From: Basidiobolus meristosporus CBS 931.73 | Taxonomy: Eukaryota; Fungi; Basidiobolomycota | Length of the DNA: 54,785 nt | Assembly (NCBI GenBank): GCA_002104905.1 | Contig: MCFE01000598.1 | Span: forward strand, 1 to 54,785 | Reading direction: 5' to 3' | Shown here: one piece after another, positions 44,705 through 54,785 of the stretch | Layout: every line of letters starts with the position of its first letter | Position numbering within the stretch: position 1 is the stretch's first letter | The notes under the pieces: generated by a model | Database searches by the model: none | What the model was told of the DNA's origin: nothing | The model's input: the letters and a program-made list of their open reading frames with translations, nothing else | Program-made: the position numbers and the translations under genes

Positions 44705-47700
44705 GAGTCACAGTGACACCCACTGACAGATATGCTCATTCCTATATTTTCTACTTCCCTATTTCTCTACCATACTTATTTTAGTTTTATCCCATTTATC
44801 TTATTTGATCAGTACTATCCCATAAGCCAGCTGACTATCTCACCTGCTTACTGCATTGCATAAGTTATCCTGCACTTTATGTAAGATGACTAGCTGTAAG
44901 TGCTTCTATATTAGGCAAGTATATGCACCAGTACCTGTGACACATGGTCAACCCATGTCACCACCCCATGAGTGCCAAATGATGCCATAGTGTGCCAGGG
45001 AGGCCAAGAGGACTTACACGTGGCCACAGAGTTTGAAACATAGATCTTCCACTTCATGTAAAGCAGCCCCTGTGTTTCACCAATTGTGTTTGAGAGAATC
45101 TATTTTTTGCCCTTTTTTTTTAGATCAATGTTGCATATGATGTGTAGAGGACAGAAGGACTGAAGACATGCTTCTAGTACTCAATACCCATGGCACTCTG
45201 AATTTAGCTCCTGTGGCTTATAACATGTCACAAAAATGAATGGCACTATCTTGGTCCACTGGTACTATCAGGCACTATATTTAAATATTAGCCCTAAAGT
45301 AGAACCTATACAAAGCACTTATAGTGTCAGATAGTACCAGTGGACCAAGATAGTGCCATGCATTTTTGTGACATGCTACAAGCCTGTGGGGCTAGATTTA
45401 GAGTGCCATGGGTATTGTGTACCTGATGCATATCTTCAGTCTGTCTGTGCTCTATTAGGTCATGCACAATTTTGATCCCAAAAAAAAGGTTAAAATATTG
45501 ATTTTCTCCCGCACAGTAGGTGAAACACAGGGGCTGCTTTGCATGAATAAGCAGAACTATATGTCACAATCTGTGGCCAAGTTTAGGTTTGCTATGACTC
45601 TCAGGCACACTATGGCACTATTTGGCACTCATGGCTCAATGTGGCACTATCCAATGGAACAAGTCTATTGATTAGTGTGATCACTGCTACCTGCTGCTAC
45701 CTGAACTTCCAACCCCAGACCACAGGCCACTCCCAGGAAGCCATGCTGACAGCCAAATCACCTTGGAGGTACTACTTCTGAGGAATACTCAGAGTAGGTA
45801 TCTTTTACTATATTCAAATCTTTCCCAAGTGTGTTCTTGTACAAGCAAAGATATTTTTCTGTCTTTGTAACAGTTGACCACCGCTGCATTCTTATCAAGT
45901 GCCTGCTGGTGGAGTTTACAGTTGTTTTGACTTTGGAAGCTTTAGTACATTGTCATCTAAAAAGATGCTGAACCCTGCACATACTTTTGTTAAGATGGCA
46001 ACTAAGTTGGGGATTGTGGCTCAATAGTTTTCCCCTGACAAGCTTTTGGCTTTACTCCCATCATACTATATTAGAGACAGAACCCAAGTGTTCCTAGCAA
46101 GCTTTTGCCAGAGGTTGTTGCACCCAGTGAGCACCCTATGCACAAAAACTCTTGAAAAGTTTGGATGTATCTCTCACTTGGACTTAAACACTATTACAGC
46201 ATGTTTCATGGCTTAGAGGCATGCTACAATGATCACATGGTCATATTTCTCTTCTCTTAAGGTGTTGAGTCAGAGTAATATTGTCCATGGGGCAAACAGC
46301 TTGACACTTAACAATGTAACTCTATAATATCTCTCTTTTGTCAATACTCATGTGAATTTAAGACAATCTTGTATTTGAGATATTTGCCTACATGAATGTA
46401 AGATTTAATGATGACCTGCCATTGTAAGCATTATAAATATAGTTGTGGTACCACATACACATGCATATGTAACACCATCTTCCCTTTGGATTGACTCACT
46501 TCCATTTATGTGCTGCCAAAAAATAAAGTAAAGTTGTCTGGTTCCTAATCAAACCCCACTGCTGACAGCAGTAGAAGAATGGTTGGACAACAGCTTGCTT
46601 TGATATTTAGTGCAACAAGTGGGGCTATAACCAAAAAAGGCCCTGTGGACAGTGTGCCCACTGAAGGTAATAATGTGGACTCCTCAGGCTCTTAGTCAAG
46701 TAGGCAATTGGAAATCTCTGTGGAGCTGCAAGCTAACTATAATGCTCAGACAGATGAGAAAGAGCAAATGCAATACCTCTTGTGGAGGACCAGCAAATGG
46801 CCATCATAACATCACCACTACCAGTGGTAGCCAGTATGTTGTTGGCTCATATTAAAGCATTAATGAGGCAATTAGGTGTAGTGGCTAATAGGATAGATGC
46901 ATGGCCCAGAGAAATTGGGAAGTAGCCCCAAAACAGGATGAGCAGATAAAAATGTAGAGCAATTAATATCCCAGGTAGAGAAAGTATTATCTTTGCTGCA
47001 AAGAAGGAACTCAAGTACCTTAATATCACAGCTAAGAATTAAGCCACTTCCCAATGTAACAGCAGAGAAACACTGTACAGTCTTTGAAGCACAACAATGG
47101 TGCTCAAAGATAAAGCCCACAAAAAAACCTTTAACAGCATGGGAGAGAGAAAATTTAATGTCTATACCAAAGCCTATAAATCAAAAGACATTGAAGATCC
47201 ATGAAGCCACTGAGTGCATGATGAAGAGTAGGCTGATATTCAAGAGGCTGTTAGAAGTGTAGCATGCCAACACCTCAAGGCCAGCATACCATGGGACCAT
47301 CAGGAACTCAAGGCCAAGTAGAATGAGCTTGACTTGCTCCATGAGCATTATCCTGGATTCAAAGAAGCAAATGAATTTTGGGCCAGCATGGGTATGCTGA
47401 GAAAGTATTTCAAGAATAGCAGGAACTATTAAAGGCAGAAGTACAAGGGTGCCATGGCTAAAAACCAGCAGCTTCCTCAAGAGCCCATTACAAGCAGGGC
47501 CAAAAGCTCCAAACAAGCATCAAACAGGCATCAGGTAGCTAGAATAGTGCCAATAAGGGAAAAGCATGCAGACGCCAATGCACCAGCCTGACATTTACCA
47601 AGGAAACAGCAAAGTTCTACTCAAGAAGCACTCACTCAAGGCAGCTGCAAAGGATTTGGTCATGATAAATGCAAGCAGCTACTGTAGGAGCCTGTTGCAG

Positions 47701-50700
47701 CAGGGCTGAGAGCTCAAAAAAGTGGCAAAGCAGTGTCAGGTTGCCTGCCAAGTGCCAGCAAGGAACAAGCAGGCCAAAAAAGATGCATTGGAGCAATATT
47801 TATCAAGAAGAAAACATGGTTCAATACAAGAAGCACTTAGACAAAGTAATAGTGAAAGCCCTGGCAGTGACAGAGGAAGAGATAACAGGGAAACGTCTAC
47901 CCAAGCCAGAGACAGGCAAGTGTAAGAAAAAAGCTGCAGTTCTTGCCTATTCATGCTGTAAGCTCTGAACAGACTGAATCCTGTCATAGCCAAAAAGAGT
48001 TACCAGCAAGTAAACAGCTGTTCTCACAAGAGTTGGAAGCACAGCCAGTTGAGCTACACTCCAGTGAGGTAGATGAGCTTACAGAGAAAGGCAACTTGCT
48101 TACCACAGCCTCCATGGCCACCATTGCTGATAGAGTGGAGATTCCACTGACAGAGAAAGCAACAACATCAAGAGCTCAAAAGGATAATACAATGCCTTTG
48201 GTGGATTTTTGGAACAATAAAAGGCACACCAAGAGGTTGCAGTATTTCTTCAAGAGTAGTGCTCAAGAAAATGCACCATAATATTGCAAGGACTTATTGC
48301 AAAGACTAGCAGATGAGGAGCTAGACCTTGCAGTGCTGGCTGAAGACCAGGATGTATGGGAACCAGTTAATGAACAATAGCATAAAGCCATAGGGTTCCT
48401 GCCAAAGTCATGAAAACAGTATGTTACAGTAGAAATACTTATAGAGTGGTGGATTTCAATGAAGTTACTTGTTGAATGTTGAGCTGATCTTGATGTTAGT
48501 ATACAGTATAGGGACTTGTATTGCTCAGTGTAATTTGCAATTGAGGTACAACCAAAGTTTCAATGGATATAAATCAATTTGTATGCATAAAAAGTAAGAG
48601 AAACAGTTGAGTCAGGTAGTAAGGAGCATGAACAAGAGGCAATAGCCAATCAATGAGCACAAGCATAGGATGTGATAGAGTGTTTAGGATCAGAAAGTGA
48701 GAAAATTGGCAGAGAACTGATCAAAAGACACTTTTGTATTGTTGCAATGAGAAATTCTGATCAAGTTTTTTATGATATCTGCGGTTTGATTATTTTTTGG
48801 CAGTCTTTACACAGTGTCTGGATGGAATCAATACCTCTTAACCATGTGACTTAGAACTTGTGATGGCCTTTTGACAGGATCATCACAATCATTGTTCATA
48901 GGGATATGCCCTTTGCCTGTGATTGTGGTGGGACCCTACAGATTTATGCAAATGTTCATGCACTGGTCCCCATATGTCCTGGGCTTCAGCCAGCACTAAG
49001 AGGTTTGGCACCTTGTCTGCCAGCTTTTGCAATAAGTCCTTGAAATACTAGGTGCATTGTCTTGTGCATTGCTCTTAAAGAAGTGCTGCAACCACTTGTA
49101 GTGCCTATTGCTGCTCCATGATTCTGCTGAAGATATTCAGATGATCTGCTAAATTCTTGACATTGTTGCGTTGCTTGTTAGTGCACTCTCCACTCTTTCT
49201 ACAATGGAGAATGTTGGGGCTGTAGTAGATAACTTGTCTCTCTCTGCAGGCTTATCCACCTCAAAGGGGTGTAGCTCAACCAACTGTGCTTCCAATGCTT
49301 ATGACATCAGCTATTGTCTTTTAGGTAATTCTTCTTGGCTATTAAGAAGTTTAGACTGTTTTAGGCCAATGGTATCAGCTGGTGAGAGCTGCAGCTTTTT
49401 TCTCATGCTTCCCCGGCTCTTGCTTGGGTACACTTTCTTTCCTTTACCTCTGCCTTTAGCACTTCTAGGTTTTTGACTGCTACTTTCAGTCAGGGCTTCA
49501 ACTATGGTATCACATTGTCTCCTTGCTAAATGCTACATGGGTACATTCACTTTTGCCTGCTTGTCTCCTATATACACTCTTCTGGGTACCTAATATATCT
49601 TTGCTGCTTATGTTGAGCATTAAGTCCTTTATGTGACAGGAACTTGAGAAAACTGCCAGCTTTTTTCAGTGCCTGGTTGCTCACAGTACTTTGAATGATT
49701 GCTTCCTGATAAGTTCTACATTGTTGCCTTGATAAATACAGCACTGGCGCATTCAATTCTGCCTACCTGCCCTTACTGGCACTCTTCTTACTACCTGACA
49801 CTTCTGTTCTGCTTATCTAGAGCTTTCAGCACTGCTTGCATTGAGCTTCTGCGGAAGCCACTGACTTTGAACAGTGACACCATTGCTCCTCTGTCTTTGA
49901 GTACCTCTGCTGTTCTGGAGATACTTTCTTAGCATTGTAGTGGGGTCACAGTGACACAAACAATCCAGCATGCTCATTCTCATATTTTCTACATCCCTGT
50001 TCTTCTACTACCCTTACTTTAGGTTTATCCCATTTGTCATATCTGATTAGTACTATCCCACAAGCCAGCTAACTAGGATACCAGCTTATTTATTGCACAA
50101 GTTATCCCTCACTTTATGCAAGAATTCTGGGAGTAAGTGCTTCTATATTGGCAAGCTCCTGCTCCAGGGCCCATGACCCACAATCAAGCTGTGTCTCCAT
50201 CCTTACCATTTTCATTCCATGTATGGCATTCCTATGTAGCACACATGTGAGAATACTGATCAATGGTTGATTGGATGTGCTTTGCCTCTTAGAACCTTCT
50301 GGCATCTACTTAGAACATTGTTACTCATTCTGAAGTCATTAAGACTTCTATTAATCTCTGGAACCTTCTGGAACACCATGATTAGTAATCACTTGGCCAT
50401 TGAGAAAACCATATAAGTGAGGTAATCCTTTGACAATATATCATCATCCATCTTATCAATATTCTGACTTGTTGATTATTGTGAGCACTGCTGCCTGATC
50501 TTCCAATCCCAGGCCACAGGACACCACCAGGAAACCATGCTGACATTCAACATACCTTCAAGGCACTACTTCTGAGGAATACTCTGAGTAGGTATCTTTT
50601 GTAATATTTGATTCTCTCACAGGTTTGTTCTTGTACAAGTAAAGATACTTTTCTGCCTTTGTAACTATTGTCCATGGCTGCATTCTTATCAAGTCCCTGC

Positions 50701-52915
50701 TGGTGGAGTTAACAGTTGTTTAGACCTTGAAAGCCTTGGTGCATTGTCATCTCAAAGGATGCTGAACGCAGTACATACATTTGTTAAGACACTAACAAAG
50801 CAGAGGGTTGTAGCTCAATTGTTTTCCATTGACCAGTGTGTGGCTTTATTCCCCTTCACATTAGAGTAGTGACAGGACCCAAGTATTCCTATCAAGCTTT
50901 TGCAAGAGATTATTGCACCCAGTGAGCAATCTACATACAAAACACTTGAGAAGTGTTAGACATATCTCTCCCTTGGACTTATATATCACCACAGTATTTC
51001 AATGCAGGCCAAAAATTTATTTGCTTGTTTGAGTCCAGAATAATGCTCATGGAGCAGTTCAACTACCTTCCCTATGAACAATGACTCTAATGATCCTATC
51101 AAATGGCCATCAAAAAGTTGAAATCCTATGACAAAGAAGTATTAATGACACTGGGTCACCATATAAGACTGTCAAAAAAAATTGCACTGCAGATTTCACA
51201 CAAAACTTGGTCAAAATTCCTCATCACAACAGTACATACATGGTTTTGATTAGTTTTATACCACTTCTCTCACTCTCTGATCCCAAACACTCAATCACCT
51301 CAAAATTTTTTTACAATGATTGGCTATTGCCTGTCTTACACTCATTACTTCCTGACTTCACCAATGCTCTTACTTTTCTTGCAAACAAATTTGTTTACTT
51401 CAATTAGGACTTCAGCTGTAGCTTGATATGCCAACTATACTGATATATACAAATCCCCATACCCAAAGTCAACATTGAGTGCAACTTCTCACTCAGTGAG
51501 TAACTCCACAAAAATCTACCACTTTACAAGTATTTTTGCTGAATCACCGTTTTTCCATGACTTTGGCAGAAGAGTTTTGGCTTTATGCTTTTTTTCACTC
51601 ACTGGCTCTTAGATGCCCCGGTCCTCAGCTGCCACTGCAAGGCTTAGCACCTTGTCTGCCAGTGCTTACAATATATCTTTGCTATATTTGATTGTGTTTT
51701 CTTGAGCACTTCTCTTGAAGAAGCACTGCAACATATTTGTGTGCCTTTTCATGTTCCAAAATTCCACTGTTGGCAATGTAATAGTTGTCTGAGCTCTGGA
51801 CAATACTGCCTTCTCTGTCACTGCAACCTCCACTCTGCCAATAATGGAGGACGTAGTAGTGGGGTGACAGTGACACCCACTGACAGATGTGCTCATTCCC
51901 TTATTTTCTACTTCCCTATATCCCTACTACACTCATTTTAGTTTTATCCCATTTGTCTTACCCAATCAGTACTATCCCATAAGTTGGTTGACTATCACAC
52001 CTGCCTACCTTATTGCATAAGTGACCCCTCACTTTATATAAGATTACTAGCTACAAGTACTTCTATATTAGGCAAGTACCTGTGCCAGTACCCATGACAC
52101 ATGATCAACTCGTGTCACCATCCCTACCATTTCCATACCATATATGGTATCCCCATGTTACACAGGTTTCAGAATATTGATTCCTGATTGGTTGGATGTG
52201 CTGTGCTTCTTAGAACCTTCTGGCACCTACTTAGAACATTCTTAGGTCATTCTGATGTCATTAAGATTTCTATTGATCTCTGGAACTTTCTGGAACACCA
52301 TGATTAGTAATCACTTAGCCAGTGAGAAAAGTATATAAGGGAGGCTATCCCTCTACAATAAATCATCATCCCTTTTATCAATATACCAACTTGTTGATTA
52401 GTGTGATCACTGCTACCTGCTGCTACCTGAACTTCCAACCCTAGATCACAGGACACTCCCAGGAAACCGCGCTGACAGCCAACTGACCTTGGAGGCACTA
52501 CTTGTGAGGAATACTCAGAGTAGGTATCTTTTATTATACTTGATTCTTTCCCAAGTTTGTTCTTGTACAGGAAAAGATACTTTTCTGTCTTTGTAACTAT
52601 TGACCACAGCTGCATTCTTATCAAGTCCCTGCTGGTGGAGTTTACAGTTGTTTTGACTTTGGAAGCTTTAGTACATTGTCATCTCAAAGGACGCTGAGCC
52701 CAGCACATACTTTTGTTAAGATGCCAACTAAGTTGGGGATTGTAGCTCAATAGTTTTCCCTTGACAAGCTTGTGGCTTTATTCCCCTTCACATTAGATTA
52801 GAAACAGAACCCAAGTATTCCTAGCAAGCTTTTGCCAGAGGTTATTGCACTCAGTGAACACCCCACACACAAAACACTTGAGAAGTGTTGGACGTATCTC
52901 TCCCTTGGACCTATA
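44705..52915. repeat. Three decayed same-orientation copies of a composite repeat (LTR-like segment plus ~500-bp coding-like segment)
   Basis: Segment 1 (cagtgacaccc...ctcatt...tactatccc...gcataag) at about 44705, 49945 and 51865. Segment 2 (gattagtgtgatcactgc...tgcattcttatcaagt.cctgctggtggag) at about 45670, 50470 and 52396. Confidence 0.75.
44966..45668. mobile_element. Foldback/MITE-like element, copy 2 (~700-bp imperfect palindrome)
   Basis: Arm at 44966-45222 (+), hairpin at 45223-45377 and diverged arm at 45378-45668 (-). Confidence 0.8.
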
Positions 52916-53530
52916 CACCACCACAACATGAAGGCTGTAAGAGACAAATTGCCTCTCTCTTTAGACTCATTTACTTCACTGGATTGTAGCTCAACTGGCA
53001 GTACTTGCAACTCTTGAGAAAAAAGCCGTTTCCTGGTTGGTTATTCTTTTTGACTTTTATGGGAATTAGCCTGTTATAGGCTGATGGCAACAATGGGTGA
53101 TAACCTCAGCTTTTCTCTCACACTTACCAGTCTCTGGCACAGCTAGATTTTCTCCTTTTAGGTTTACTTTTATTGATGCCCTTATCTTCACTGCTACTTT
53201 GACTGAGGGCTTATTGAATTGCAACTCATTCTCTCCTTGATAAATGCTTTGCCAGTGCATCCATTCCTGCCTGCTTTTCACTCACTGGTATTCTTTAGGC
53301 TACCTGATATTTCTTTGATGTTTGTTTCTAATTTTCAATCCGGCTTGTGACAGGATACTGAGGGAGCTGCTGGTTTTTATCACTGCCAGGTCCTTCACTA
53401 CTATTTTGACTGAGCACTTCTTTTCTTGAACAACAACATTTTTCTTAATAAATGTTGCACTGGTGAATCTGCTTCTGGCTGCTTATCTGTCAGTGGCACT
53501 CTTCCAGCTACCTGATGATCCTTTGCCCTT
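47480..53530. repeat. Four decayed copies of a K/E/A-rich coding-like repeat
   Basis: Homologous stretches at about 47480-48420 (+), 48960-49930 (-), 51560-51860 (-) and 52960-53530 (-), e.g. aagagtagtgctcaagaaaatgcacc versus ttgagcacttctcttgaag. Confidence 0.6.
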
Positions 53531-54229
53531 ACTGGCCCAAAATCCATTTGCCTTTTTGATTTCAGGGTAATACTCCTGGAACAGATCCAGTGCATTCTGT
53601 TTGGCCTTGAATTCCTGATGGTCCCATGGTATGCCAGTGTGGTGAGGTAGATGTACCCCTGGGAAACACTATACAACTCAAGGTGTCTGAGGTGTCTGAT
53701 GGGTGCAAGAACCTCTAGGGCTAAGCTGCTGGTGTCTCTGTCACTATGTTACTATAGTAAAAGCTCCTGCATCTCAACCTCCTTAGGTGCTCTGAGTGTC
53801 TACAAAGGCCTCTGTGCATCATGTGCACTCCTCTGAAAAGCTCCTTGATGACAGGTCTGAGGTGTAACTGTTGAAGTTAGGTGCAGTGAGCAGCTGCTAA
53901 TCAATAAGGGGTAGATATTACTGATAGTGTTGAAATATTGTACTATTGAGTATCATTCAGCATGTAAAAATGTACTTAACAATTGTGAAATAGTCTTGGT
54001 TACTCTAAAACTAACTAAGAGCCCTAACTTTGCCACTTTCTTCAGATCTATAATCCAATGATTCTTTCCCAATAGTCAAGATCAAATTGGCACTCTAACC
54101 AAATGTTATGTACTAACCCTGAAACTGTTACAGAATACTCCGGAGTGTTGAAAAGCTCTCCTTACTTAGTGTTATAGCTGTAATACTTTGACAAAGGTAT
54201 AAATACTGAGTTTTTTTATGAATAAGCAA

Positions 54230-54620
54230 TAGCTCAACTATTATAACTATATCTTGATATGTTCCTTATATGCAAATCACTTTTCAAATTGCAACAACAG
54301 CCACTCAAATCCCACCACAAGCTCCTTGCACAAAAGTTGTAGAAGTGTCAAGTTGGCATGGTAATCCACTTCTGGATAAATATTCAACAATGTCCACATA
54401 TGACTCACAATGCTTCCAATGCACCCATTGTACAAATGCCTCAGAGGCCACTTGAATAAATGTATATCCAGTTTGTCCGGCTCTTGCACTTGTATTGTTG
54501 CACATACATATGAATATTGACTGGAACTTGTGAGAAATATCTGGGTAGCAAGTACTCTTTAGTATCTGGCCAAATCTTTCAGATTTCTCCATTATTGCAA
54601 AGGGCTCATTTGCCCTAATC
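54230..54620 (-). mobile_element. Second Tnp2-family transposase C-terminal remnant
   Basis: LDIHLFKWP...HANLTLLQLLCKELVVGFEWL parallels LDIYLFKWP...NANLLHLQLLCKEFVMGFEQL at 42828-43136. Confidence 0.75.
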
Positions 54621-54785
54621 TATTCTAAAGATGACATCAACCAGCAAACAAAATAATACCAACATCTTCCCTGTTAAGGAGAGGTCTGATGGGAAGAACT
54701 ACAGAATCTGGAGAATCAAGATGAAAATCTACCTTGAGGAAAGAAAGTTTTAGAATATAGCAACAGGAAGAGAAGTTGGGCCCAA

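Noticed and set aside
40402-45668. CRISPR array or structured ncRNA gene
   Set aside because: No regularly spaced direct repeats with unique spacers. The palindromes are transposon-like inverted repeats.
1-54785. Bacterial contig or contamination, suggested by hemN and tex
   Set aside because: hemN has spliceosomal introns, and both genes are embedded among intron-rich fungal genes and eukaryotic transposons.
37410-54785. Short ORF-track entries as functional host genes
   Set aside because: They lie in CpG-depleted multi-copy repeats, are stop-riddled and match only transposon fragments or nothing.

Overview
This is eukaryotic DNA, most likely from an early-diverging (zygomycete-grade) fungus. 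The evidence is short 54-75 nt spliceosomal introns with CTAAC/CTGAC-type branch sites and fungal-type genes (DHA2 MFS transporter, NPR/HAL kinases, Sds23). The window alternates CpG-rich gene islands with CpG-depleted transposon graveyards at about 3.7-6.9 kb, 17.4-21.1 kb and 37.4-54.8 kb. Genes supported from the sequence: a spliced MFS transporter; a spliced bacterial-type oxygen-independent coproporphyrinogen III oxidase (HemN) with an added N-terminal membrane anchor; two nearly identical SAM methyltransferases; a 73-aa membrane microprotein plus a decayed twin; two NPR/HAL kinases; a bacterial-type Tex protein with an NLS-like extension and a single-base frameshift; an orphan 115-aa ORF; a small heat-shock protein with a signal peptide; an F-box protein; Sds23-like; cyclophilin E; and an F-box/LRR protein. 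Mobile DNA includes Ty1/copia solo LTRs with intact target-site duplications, a copia RT/RNase H remnant, CACTA/Tnp2 transposase remnants and a foldback element. The strongest leads are the domesticated HemN (possible O2-independent heme synthesis in a fungus), the possibly nuclear-targeted Tex and the putatively secreted sHSP. All assignments come from manual translation and motif recognition. No database search was run, so the horizontal-transfer claims are hypotheses.
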